Shown: in pieces, positions 30,498 through 41,053 of the stretch | How the letters are laid out: the number at the start of each line of letters is the position of its first letter | Numbering within the stretch: position 1 is the stretch's first letter | Assembly (NCBI GenBank): GCA_040905425.1 | Contig: JBBDRO010000100.1 | Span: forward strand, 133,536 to 184,301 | DNA from: Gemmatimonadota bacterium | Lineage (GTDB): Bacteria > Gemmatimonadota > Gemmatimonadetes > Longimicrobiales > RSA9 | Direction: 5' to 3' | Length of the DNA stretch: 50,766 bases | The notes under the pieces: generated by a model | Seen by the model: only the letters and a program-made list of their open reading frames with translations | Database searches by the model: none | Told to the model about the DNA's origin: nothing | Made by a program: the position numbers and the translations under genes

Positions 30498-30561
30498 GGG
30501 GGACGTCGCTTGAAAAAGAACGCGCCCCGGGGGAAGAGCCTCCCGGGGCGCGTCTCGTGGG
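30498..30561 (-). terminator. Rho-independent terminator of the S41 protease gene, repeat copy B
   Basis: ACGCGCCCCGGG...CCCGGGGCGCGT hairpin with a minus-strand TTCTTTTT tail, just after the stop at 30574. Confidence 0.88.
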
Positions 30562-30573
30562 CGGATCCGGGGC

Positions 30574-33500
30574 TCAGCCGCCGCCGGAGCGTCCGCCATC
30601 CTCCGTGATGAACTGGTAGTTGCCCTCGCGCAGCATGCGGAGCGCCTCGTCCACGGCGGCCTTCAGCTCGCGGTCGAAGCCGCGCAGGTTGTCCTCGGGT
30701 GTGTTCTCCGCGAAGACGTCCGGCTCCACGCCGAAGTTCTCCAGGTTGATGCCGTAGTTGTGCGGCTGCGTGGGGTCGTAGGTCACCACCAGCGAGCCGG
30801 GCGTGCGGATGCTGCCCCCGTGGATGAGGCCGTAGCTGCCGGTGGCGATCACGGCGGCGGCCGTGGGGTTGCCCACCACGCGGCCCAGGCCCAGGTCCTT
30901 GAAGCCCTGCGGCGTGACCTCACTGTCCGAGCCGGAGCGGTTGTTGATGAGCATGACCTTGGGCCCGGCGATGGCCTGGCGGGGGCGACGGCCCCAGGTG
31001 CGCGCGCCCCAGCGGCTGTTCCAGTACTCGTAGGGGCGCCGCTCCAGGATGTCGATGATCTGCTGGTCGGTGTTGCCGCCGCCGTTGAAGCGGATGTCCA
31101 CCACGATGCCCTGGGCGTCCCAGTAGCGGTTGATCTCCTCCTCGAAGACCGCGAGCGACGCCTGGTTCATGGAGCGGATGTGGACGTAGGCAATGCGGCC
31201 GTCCGACTCCTGCTCCACGAAGTCGCGGTTGCGCTCCACCCAGTCCTGGTAGCGCAGGTTGCCCAGGGAGGTGATGGTGCGGATGCGCACCTCGCGCGCG
31301 TCCTGGCCGCCGGCGCTCTTTGCCACGCGCACGGGTACGTACTCGTTCAGCGCGTGGTTCAGGATGCGCGCATAGTTGGTGCTGGCGTCCACCGGCTGTT
31401 CGTCGATGGCCAGCACGTAGTCCCCCACCTCCAGCGCCAGCCACTCGCGGTCGGCGGGACCGTCCCGGTAGATGTGGCTGATGCGCAGGCGGCCGTCCAC
31501 CGGCTCCAGCTCCATGCCCAGGTAGCGGGTGCTGTACCCGCGCGGCATGGAGCGCGTGGCGGGACCGCTGACACCCACGTGCGAGGCGTTCAGCTCACCG
31601 ATCATCTGGTTGGCCAGGTCGTAGACGTCCTCGTAGGTGCCCACGTGCTCGAGCAGCGGCTTGTAGGCGCGCTTCTGCGCCTCCCAGTCCACGCCGTGCA
31701 TGTCGGCGTCGTAGAAGCGGTGCTTCATGACGCGCCAGCTCTCCTCGAAGATCTGCTCCCACTCGGCGCGTATGTCCACGGGCACCGTGAAGCTGAACTC
31801 CACCTGCTCCTTGCGGTTGCCCTGCAACGTGAGCCGGTGCACCTCGGAGCCCGCCCCGCCGCCACCGGCCGTGTAGAAGGCAAACTTCCGGTCCGGCGTG
31901 GGCGTGAGCCCCGGGAAGGAGCCCGCCACCACGCGCTTCCTCTCACCACCGTCCACGGGCACGGAGAAGAGCGCCGGTCCCTCATCGTCCCGGCTGGTGA
32001 AGTAGACGGTGGCGCCATCGGCGGAGAGGAAGAAGGAGCCCGCGCTCTCGGAGCCGCTGGTGAGCTGCCGGACGCGCCGATCGATGCCGGCAGCGGCCAC
32101 GCTGATAGGGGTCGGGGCCGCGCTGTCCGAGCGCTCGGGCCGCGTCCTGGCCCGTACGAGCGGGTCCTCCGGATCGGCGGTCACCCGCGCCAGCGACACC
32201 GCGTAGAGCTGTGTGTCGCCGTCCCGGCTGGAGCTGAACACCACCGTGCGCTGGTCGGGCGTGAGCGCCGCGCTGCCCTCGCGCGCGGGGTTCGGCGTGA
32301 CATTCACCTCGGTGCGGTCGGCGATGTTGAAGAGGTGGATGTCCGAGTCCTGGCGCTCGTCGCTCCGGCGGTAGAGCAGCCACCGGCCGTCGGCGGAGTA
32401 CTGCTGGAGGGCGTAGCCGCCGGCCTCGTTGTGACCCAGGCGGGTGGCGCGGCCCGTGGCCACGTCCACCTCGACCAGGTCATTGTTGGCCTCGAAGGCC
32501 AGCCGCCTGGAGTCGGGCGACCATACGTAGCCCCCGCCCTTCTGCGAGTCGTGGCTGGTGAGCTTGCGGCGCTCACGGGTGGCCAGGTCGTAGATCCAGT
32601 ACTGTTCGCTGCCGTCCTCGTCGCTGACATAGGCCAGCAGCTTGCCGTCGGGGGAGAAGCTGGCGTAGCGCTCGCGCCAGGCCGAGCGCGTGACCTGCAC
32701 CTTCTCGCCCGTCTCCGGGTCCACCGGCACCAGGAAGAGCTCGCCGCGGAAGTCCACCGCCACGGTCTTGCCGTCCGGCGCGCCGGCCGAACCCTGCGCG
32801 CGGTCCTCCACCTCCACGAACTCGACCAGGTTCTCCTTGGGGTCGAAGCGCAGCTCGATGCTCACCTTGCGCGCCTGCCCGGCGGGCACCTCCACGAGGT
32901 GCAGCTCGTGCTCCTGGGTGAAAGCGACGGTCCTCCCGTCCGCGCTCATGGAGGGATACTTCACCCCCCCGGAGCGGAACCGCGTCACCTGCTGAACGTC
33001 CGTGCCCTGAGCGCTCATGCTCCACAGGTTGAAGATGCCGTCCCGCTCCGAGACGTAGTAGATGCGGCCGTCGGCGCCCCACATGGGGGCGCCGTCATGC
33101 ACGTGCTCGCGGAAGGTGAGGATGTCCGGGTCGGTGAGCTGGCGCACGGCCCGCGTGCTCACGTCCTGCACGAAGATGTCCGTGGAGTTGTTGCCCTTGT
33201 AGCCCTTACGGGTGCTGGACAGGCCGTTCCGGTTGTAGGCAATGAAGCGGCCGTCCGGGCTGATGGAGCCGGCCCGCGCCATGTCCATGGGGAGCGCCGT
33301 GGGCAGCCCGCCCGCGCGCGGCACCACGTAGAGCGGCGAGCCGAAGGGGAAGGCGCCGCGCGAGGTGGTGAAGACAATGCCGGTGCCGTCGGGCGTCCAT
33401 CCCTCCACACCGTCGCCGCCGCTCTCGAAGGTTAGCTGGGTGGGCTCACCGCCGGCGGCGGGCATCACCCAGACGTCCATGTTGCCCATGCGGTCGCTGC

Positions 33501-33750
33501 TGAACGCCACCCACCGCCCGTCCGGCGAGAAGCGCGGTGCCTGGTCGCGAGCAATGTGGGCGGTCAGACGCACCGGGTTGGCGCCCGACACGTCGGCGAT
33601 CCACAGGTCTCCCACGTAGGAGAAGACCACCTTGCCGTGGGCCACGTGCGGATCCCGCATGAAGCGGATGGGATCGGCGTGGGCGGGACGGGGCAGGCCG
33701 ACCAGCAGGACGGCGGCGGCGAGCGCCAGGAGCGCGGAGCGCCGGAACAT
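30574..33750 (-). CDS. Tricorn-like S41 family peptidase (secreted)
   Basis: Signal peptide AHA|D, PD40/TolB propeller repeats, ELNASH, a PDZ-like region, DIRFNGGG, SGSDSE catalytic Ser and ENFGVEPD; ATG 33750 with a GAGAGG RBS. Confidence 0.93.
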   Translation of the reverse strand: MFRRSALLALAAAVLLVGLPRPAHADPIRFMRDPHVAHGKVVFSYVGDLWIADVSGANPVRLTAHIARDQAPRFSPDGRWVAFSSDRMGNMDVWVMPAAGGEPTQLTFESGGDGVEGWTPDGTGIVFTTSRGAFPFGSPLYVVPRAGGLPTALPMDMARAGSISPDGRFIAYNRNGLSSTRKGYKGNNSTDIFVQDVSTRAVRQLTDPDILTFREHVHDGAPMWGADGRIYYVSERDGIFNLWSMSAQGTDVQQVTRFRSGGVKYPSMSADGRTVAFTQEHELHLVEVPAGQARKVSIELRFDPKENLVEFVEVEDRAQGSAGAPDGKTVAVDFRGELFLVPVDPETGEKVQVTRSAWRERYASFSPDGKLLAYVSDEDGSEQYWIYDLATRERRKLTSHDSQKGGGYVWSPDSRRLAFEANNDLVEVDVATGRATRLGHNEAGGYALQQYSADGRWLLYRRSDERQDSDIHLFNIADRTEVNVTPNPAREGSAALTPDQRTVVFSSSRDGDTQLYAVSLARVTADPEDPLVRARTRPERSDSAAPTPISVAAAGIDRRVRQLTSGSESAGSFFLSADGATVYFTSRDDEGPALFSVPVDGGERKRVVAGSFPGLTPTPDRKFAFYTAGGGGAGSEVHRLTLQGNRKEQVEFSFTVPVDIRAEWEQIFEESWRVMKHRFYDADMHGVDWEAQKRAYKPLLEHVGTYEDVYDLANQMIGELNASHVGVSGPATRSMPRGYSTRYLGMELEPVDGRLRISHIYRDGPADREWLALEVGDYVLAIDEQPVDASTNYARILNHALNEYVPVRVAKSAGGQDAREVRIRTITSLGNLRYQDWVERNRDFVEQESDGRIAYVHIRSMNQASLAVFEEEINRYWDAQGIVVDIRFNGGGNTDQQIIDILERRPYEYWNSRWGARTWGRRPRQAIAGPKVMLINNRSGSDSEVTPQGFKDLGLGRVVGNPTAAAVIATGSYGLIHGGSIRTPGSLVVTYDPTQPHNYGINLENFGVEPDVFAENTPEDNLRGFDRELKAAVDEALRMLREGNYQFITEDGGRSGGG

Positions 33751-33955
33751 GGCTACCTCTCGGAGAGCGGTGGGCACGGGTGGCGGAGCGCGCGGGAGGA
33801 GGGATGCGGCCGGCCACGTGGTGTACGATTCTGGACACAATATAGGTCGGCCGTGAACGCCGCCGCCACCGTGGCGTGGCCATGAGGGCGCCGCACGCGG
33901 ACCGCTCCGTGCATGGGGGCAGCCGGCAACCGCACGGAATGGAGCGAGGAGCGGC

Positions 33956-35590
33956 ATGATCGGCATCCTGCACGGCTATCTGCTGGACGGCTCGGGGAGC
34001 AACCTGTGGACGCGCAACATTGTCCAGGCGCTGTGCGCCGCCGGCCAGGAGGTGCACCTGGTCTGCCAGGAGCCCCACCCCGAGCACTTCCCCTTCGTGG
34101 CCGCAGCGCACGAGGTGCGGGAGGACGGTTCCGTCCACGTCCTGTTCGAGCGCTCCACCCCCTTCCCCGGCCGCTGCACGCTGCACCGCCCGTGGATCGG
34201 CGAGACGCTGCCCGTCTACGTCCCGGACCGCTACGAGGCCTTCGAGCGCGTGGTGCCGATGACGGAGCTGTCCACCGCGGAGGTGGAGGCGTACGTGGGC
34301 CGCAACGTGGCCGCCGTGGCGGGGATCGTGGAGCGGCACGGCATCCGGGCACTGCACGCCAACCACGCCGTGCTCATGCCCACGGTGGCGCGGCGCATCA
34401 AGGAGTCCCTGCGCGTCCCCTACACCATCCTGCCGCACGGCAGCGCGCTGGAGTACGCCGTGCGGCGGGACGTGCGCTTCCACGCCCTGGCCTCGGAGGC
34501 CATGGCGCAGGCGGGCGTGGTGCTGGCCGTGGGAGCCGAGATGCGCACCCGCATCCTGGAGATCTTCCCGGAGGTGGCGGGGCTCGAGGCGCGCACCAGC
34601 GTGCTTCGGCTGGGCGTGGACACGGCGCTCTTCGAGCCGGCCACCGCCGCGGAGCGGCCCGCGCGGCTCGAGCGGCTGCGGGAGGCGCTGGCCGAGCTGC
34701 CGCGCGGCAAGCGGGCCGAGCAGCGGGCCGCCACCACCCGCGCGGCGCGCGAGGCGGAGGACGTGGACGCGCTCGCGGACGCCTTCCGCAGCGCGTCCGA
34801 CTATGCGCAGAAGTACCCCGACGCGGAGCTGGAGGACGCCCTGAAGGGCCTGGCCGACTGCGCCCCCACGGTGCTCTTCGTGGGCCGGCTCATCGGCGCC
34901 AAGGGGATCCACGCCGTGGTGGCGGCCTTCCCGGACGTGCTGGAGCGCGTGCCCGACGCCCGCCTGGTGGTGGTGGGCCACGGGCCGGAGCGGGAGCCGC
35001 TGGAAGGGCTCGTGGCGGCGCTGGCCACGGGTGAGCCCGCGCGGGTGCGCCGCGTCCTGGAGGCGGCGCGGCGGCTGGAGGGCTCCGCGGAGACCGCGCC
35101 CCCGCCCGAGGTGGAGGAAGCGCTTGTGCGGGCCGTGGTGCGAGCGCCCGCCGGCTGCGCCATGCTGGCCGAGCCCGGGCGCGTGCTCTTCACGGGCTAC
35201 CTGGCGCACGCGGAGCTGGCGCTACTCTTCCCCTGCGCGGACGTGGGCGTGTTCCCCTCCGTGGTGCTGGAAGCGGGGCCGCTGGTCTTCCTGGAGGCGG
35301 TGGCCTCAGGCGTCTTTCCGGTGGGCACGGAGGCCGGCGGTATGGCGCACAGCATCGCGGAGGCGGGGGAGGTGGTGATGGCCACGGACCGGCAAGCCAT
35401 GAAGCTGCCGCCCGACCACGGCGCCCTGGTGCCGGCGCTGGCCACCGCCATCCCCGCGGCGCTCAGGGCCGCCCCGGCCGCGCGCGAGGCGCTGGCCACG
35501 CTGGCCCGGGAGCGCTGGGACTGGCGCAGCATCGCGGCGAGCCTGGCCGGCACGCTCGACCGCCTCGCGGAGCGGATGGGGCCGGAATGA
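33956..35590 (+). CDS. Glycosyltransferase family 4 (GT-B) protein
   Basis: GSGS, LGVDTALF, LFVGRLIGAKG, VVGHGP, and PSVVLEAGPLVFLEAVASG (EX7E motif). Confidence 0.9.
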   Translation: MIGILHGYLLDGSGSNLWTRNIVQALCAAGQEVHLVCQEPHPEHFPFVAAAHEVREDGSVHVLFERSTPFPGRCTLHRPWIGETLPVYVPDRYEAFERVVPMTELSTAEVEAYVGRNVAAVAGIVERHGIRALHANHAVLMPTVARRIKESLRVPYTILPHGSALEYAVRRDVRFHALASEAMAQAGVVLAVGAEMRTRILEIFPEVAGLEARTSVLRLGVDTALFEPATAAERPARLERLREALAELPRGKRAEQRAATTRAAREAEDVDALADAFRSASDYAQKYPDAELEDALKGLADCAPTVLFVGRLIGAKGIHAVVAAFPDVLERVPDARLVVVGHGPEREPLEGLVAALATGEPARVRRVLEAARRLEGSAETAPPPEVEEALVRAVVRAPAGCAMLAEPGRVLFTGYLAHAELALLFPCADVGVFPSVVLEAGPLVFLEAVASGVFPVGTEAGGMAHSIAEAGEVVMATDRQAMKLPPDHGALVPALATAIPAALRAAPAAREALATLARERWDWRSIAASLAGTLDRLAERMGPE

Positions 35591-35594
35591 CGGA

Positions 35595-35624
35595 CGGCGC
35601 CACGGAGAAGCTGCCGTGGCGCCG
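35595..35624. terminator. Hairpin between convergent genes
   Basis: 11-bp perfect stem CGGCGCCACGG-N8-CCGTGGCGCCG. Confidence 0.55.
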
Positions 35625-35647
35625 CGGCTTAGCTCAGCCCGCGGGGG

Positions 35648-35959
35648 CTAGTTGTGCGTGGGCCCCAGCGACTGGTTGTGCAGCACCAGCGCAACGTGCT
35701 GTGCGTAGGGATGGGCCGGCCGCAATCCGCGCCGGCTGGGCAGCGCCGGGTCGGCCGGCGACTCGTCCAACTCGATGAGCGCGCCGGTGCCCCCGCAGTC
35801 GGGGCAGGCGTGCGGCGGCAGGACCCCCACATCCTCGGCGGGCACGGCAGAGGGCGCCCACCGGGACCATGGAATCTCCCAGCGAAACGCCCCTGTGACG
35901 TGCCCGCATCCAGCGCAGCGGCGGCACACGTGAATCTGCATGATGACCGTCCGGTTCAT
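35648..35959 (-). CDS. Small hypothetical protein with two CxxC motifs (zinc-ribbon-like)
   Basis: CRRCAGCG...CPDCG; lies downstream of the kinase on the same strand; start uncertain. Confidence 0.5.
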   Translation of the reverse strand: MNRTVIMQIHVCRRCAGCGHVTGAFRWEIPWSRWAPSAVPAEDVGVLPPHACPDCGGTGALIELDESPADPALPSRRGLRPAHPYAQHVALVLHNQSLGPTHN

Positions 35960-36015
35960 GTGACTACTGACCGTGGTGCATCCTAGCCATTGAATATGCG
36001 GAGTTCGGAGGCAGA

Positions 36016-38373
36016 TCACAAGGGCCGGGCGGCGCGCCGGTCCAGCGCGTCACGCACCGCTCGCGCCAGGGCGTCCGGCGTGAACGGCTTGCCCAGGAAG
36101 ACGTCCCCCGAACGCTCCAGCTCCGCCCGCAGTTCCCGGTCGTCGGCGTAGCCGGACATGACCAGCACGGGTAGCCCCGGATGGCTGCGCCGCACGCGCT
36201 CCACCAGCTCGCGCCCCCCCATATGGGGCATGATCAGGTCGGTGATCAGGAGGTCCACCTGGCTGCCGCCCAGGCGTTCCAGTGCCTCCTGCCCGTTGGC
36301 CGCCTCCAACACCGTGTAGCCCCAGCGCCCCAGGATGCGGCGGCCCAGCGCGCGCACCGCGTCGTCATCCTCGGCCAGTAAGATGGTCTCCGCGCCCTTC
36401 CGGGCGGGCGGCGATGCGGCCTTCGGCTCGGCGGCCGTGCCCTCCACGCGGGGCAGCACCACCCGCACGGTGGTGCCGCGCCCGGGCGCGCTGTCCACCC
36501 AGATGTAGCCGCCGCTCTGTTTGACGATGCCGTAGACGGTGGAGAGCCCGAGCCCCGTGCCCTTCCCCTGTGGCTTCGTGGTGAAGAAGGGCTCGAAGAT
36601 GTGCCGCTGCACCTCCTCGTCCATGCCCTGGCCCGTATCCACCACGGTGAGCAGCGCGTAGCGGCCCGGCTCCACGTGGTAGTCGTAGGCCGCGGCCGCC
36701 TCCGGGGAGATGTGCACCGAGCCGGTGCGGACCATCAGCTCACCTCCGCTCACCATGGCGTCCCGCGCGTTCACGGCCAGGTTGAGCAGCACCTGCTCCA
36801 GCTGCCCGGGGTCCACCCGCACGAGGGTGCCGTCATCAGCCAGTTCGGTGCGCAGCTCCACGGCGCCGCCCAGCAGGCGGTCCAGCAGGGCGCCGAGGGC
36901 GCGCACCGTCCCGCTCAGGTCCACCACGCGCGGCTGGAGCACCTGCTGGCGGCTGAATGCCAGGAGCTGCCGGGTGAGATCCGCCGCGCGGCTGGTGGCG
37001 TGGTCCAGTTCCTTCAGGTAGCCGCGCACCTCGTCGGGCGTGTCGTGCGGTAGCTCGTCCAGCGTGAGATGTGTGAGACCCTGGATGCCCGTGAGGATGT
37101 TGTTGAAGTCGTGCGCCACCCCACCCGCCAGCCGCCCGATGGCTTCCATGCGCTGCGCGCTTTGTAGGCGCTCCTCGAGTTCGCGTCGCTCGGTGATGTC
37201 CCGCGCCACCACCATGATGCCGGCCACGGCCGGGTCGGCGGTCATGTTGGTGCCCACGGCCTCCATCTGCCGCCAGCGACCGTCGGCGTGGCGGATGCGG
37301 AAGTGGACGGTCTCCCCCACGCCACTCAACAGATGCGCGCGGACGTTCTCCCGGTCCTCGGGGTGGATGAGTTCGAGGGTGCTACGCCCGACGCGTTCCT
37401 CGGGCCGGTAGCCCAGGGCGGGCTCGATCGAGGGACTGACGTAGCGGTTGACGCCCGTCTCGTCCAGGATGACGATGACCTCCGAGATGTTCTCCACGAG
37501 CGAGCGGAAATGGGCCTCACTGCGCTCCAGGCGCGCCTCCGCCTCCCGGCGACGGAGCATCTCGCCCACGCGGTCGGCCAGGGCATCCAGCAGGCGGTGC
37601 TCCTCCTCCAGGAAGCTGGCCTTCCCTTCCCGATCCGGCTGCACGCCCACCTCGATGAAGCCCTCCCCCCCACCGGAGCCCTGGATGCGACGGCGTTCGG
37701 TGATCGTAGCCCCATCGAACCGCCCCGCGCGGTAGGTGCCGCCATCCACCTGGATGCGGACGCCCGTGCGTTCGGGCCAGCGCCAGCCCGCGGGGATCTC
37801 CACGACGGCACGCCGCAGAACGTCCTCCACCCCCAGGTCGGTGCGCGCCAGGAGCGACGAGACGGAGTAGAGGCAGCGCTGTTCCTTGACGCGTTCGCCG
37901 AGCGCCCAGGTGCGTCGACGGAGGACCGCCTCGCGGGTGGCCGCCTGGAGACGGTCCGCGCGCAGCAGCGCGCCCAGCGCGGCCACGGCGCCTCCGGCCA
38001 CGCCGAAGAGGAGGAGGCGCTGGGCCTCCAGCGCGCTCGTGGGCAGGGGATTCCAGCCGGCGGCGGGGGCGAAAGCCTGCACGCTCATGGCGGAGAGGAC
38101 GATGGCCAGCAGCGCCGGCATCGGCCCTAGCAGGAAGCCCGCCGCCGCCACCGCCGGGAAATAGAGCAGGAAGACGGAGCCACCTATGGGCGCCGCCAGG
38201 ATCCGGGAGAGGAATGCCGCGGCGGCCACCAGCAGAACGACTGCCGCCACGCGCACGGGGAGGGGGCGCTCACGCCAGATCCACTCCGCGGCGCCGCGCG
38301 CGGGCGTGCCGGTGTCCTCGCCGGTCGCCTCCCCGGGCGCATCCCCCGCCGTGGCGTTGTTCTTTGAGAGCAT
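36016..38373 (-). CDS. Membrane PAS-domain hybrid sensor histidine kinase / response regulator
   Basis: N-terminal TM bundle (DUF4118-like), PAS, AGGVAHDFNN H-box, NLAVNARDAM, FFTTK..GKGTGLGL and a C-terminal REC domain. Start placed downstream of the tRNA terminator. Confidence 0.93.
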   Translation of the reverse strand: MLSKNNATAGDAPGEATGEDTGTPARGAAEWIWRERPLPVRVAAVVLLVAAAAFLSRILAAPIGGSVFLLYFPAVAAAGFLLGPMPALLAIVLSAMSVQAFAPAAGWNPLPTSALEAQRLLLFGVAGGAVAALGALLRADRLQAATREAVLRRRTWALGERVKEQRCLYSVSSLLARTDLGVEDVLRRAVVEIPAGWRWPERTGVRIQVDGGTYRAGRFDGATITERRRIQGSGGGEGFIEVGVQPDREGKASFLEEEHRLLDALADRVGEMLRRREAEARLERSEAHFRSLVENISEVIVILDETGVNRYVSPSIEPALGYRPEERVGRSTLELIHPEDRENVRAHLLSGVGETVHFRIRHADGRWRQMEAVGTNMTADPAVAGIMVVARDITERRELEERLQSAQRMEAIGRLAGGVAHDFNNILTGIQGLTHLTLDELPHDTPDEVRGYLKELDHATSRAADLTRQLLAFSRQQVLQPRVVDLSGTVRALGALLDRLLGGAVELRTELADDGTLVRVDPGQLEQVLLNLAVNARDAMVSGGELMVRTGSVHISPEAAAAYDYHVEPGRYALLTVVDTGQGMDEEVQRHIFEPFFTTKPQGKGTGLGLSTVYGIVKQSGGYIWVDSAPGRGTTVRVVLPRVEGTAAEPKAASPPARKGAETILLAEDDDAVRALGRRILGRWGYTVLEAANGQEALERLGGSQVDLLITDLIMPHMGGRELVERVRRSHPGLPVLVMSGYADDRELRAELERSGDVFLGKPFTPDALARAVRDALDRRAARPL

Positions 38374-38412
38374 GCGGTAAGGTACTTCCCCAGGCATCAA
38401 AGCTGAAAGAAC

Positions 38413-38445
38413 CATGCCCCGCCACCAGGCCGGTGGCGGGGCATG
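38413..38445 (-). terminator. Rho-independent terminator downstream of the tRNA
   Basis: 14-bp stem CATGCCCCGCCACC-N5-GGTGGCGGGGCATG followed by GTTCTTT on the minus strand. Confidence 0.8.
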
Positions 38446-38485
38446 TCGGGGGTCCAGCATGCAGTTATCGGGACGCGGCATCAGG

Positions 38486-38559
38486 TGCCAGAGGGGAGAC
38501 TCGAACTCCCGACCTCACGATTATGAGTCGTGCGCTCTAACCGGCTGAGCTACTCTGGC
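38486..38559 (-). tRNA. tRNA with CAT anticodon (Ile2/lysidine-type or elongator Met; not initiator)
   Basis: Cloverleaf: acceptor GCCAGAG/CTCTGGC, D-arm TAGCTCAG..GGTTAGAGC, anticodon arm CACGA-CTCATAA-TCGTG, T-arm GGGAG-TTCGAGT-CTCCC. The 3' end reads CCT rather than CCA. Confidence 0.96.
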
Positions 38560-38569
38560 AGAGCAGGAA

Positions 38570-38598
38570 AAGTTAGCGGCAACAGGGGGTATCGTCAA
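38570..38598 (-). promoter_or_regulatory. Sigma-70 promoter of the tRNA
   Basis: TTGACG-N17-TAACTT, ending 10 nt upstream of the tRNA 5' end. Confidence 0.75.
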
Positions 38599-38945
38599 CG
38601 GATCGGCGCGGTGCCTCCGCGGGTGTCAACCGTGTCCAGCGGCGTGCCCGCGCTGTCCACCTCCACGGTGTCCCCATCCACGAAACGATAGAGGCGCTCG
38701 CCCTCCCGGATGAGGCCGAAATGGTCGCGCGCCACACGCTCCAACGTGGCGGAATCCGTAGCCAGCGCGTCTCGCCGCGCACGCAGGACGGGCAGCTCAG
38801 CCCGCTCCCGTTCCAGGCGTTCCTCTTCCAGTTGACGCTCCTGACGCACCTGGCGCAGCTCCAGCAAGCTGTACTCGCCGCCGAAGAGGCCGAAGTAGAC
38901 GGCCCCCGCCAGCAGGATGCCACCCAGGAGCAGGCGCGCCTTCAC
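38595..38945 (-). CDS. ftsB: Septum formation initiator FtsB/DivIC family
   Basis: TM, coiled coil and LERVARDHFGLIREGE motif; downstream of eno as is typical. Confidence 0.9.
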   Translation of the reverse strand: MKARLLLGGILLAGAVYFGLFGGEYSLLELRQVRQERQLEEERLERERAELPVLRARRDALATDSATLERVARDHFGLIREGERLYRFVDGDTVEVDSAGTPLDTVDTRGGTAPIR

Positions 38946-39035
38946 GGGGTGCTCCGGGTGCGCCGGGTAGAGGCGCTCCGCAGGCTTGCCGGCGGCAGTG
39001 TTCCGCGCATCACGGGGTACTTCCTTCGTGCATGC

Positions 39036-41049
<2,014 letters not shown>

Positions 41050-41053
<4 letters not shown>

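Noticed and set aside
38374..38481. N-terminal extension of the hybrid kinase as given in the ORF track
   Set aside because: It spans the tRNA terminator hairpin; ATG 38373 is the more plausible start.
36016..38559. tRNA-anchored genomic island
   Set aside because: I found no second copy of the tRNA 3' end and no integrase; downstream genes have host-like GC and the tRNA keeps its terminator.
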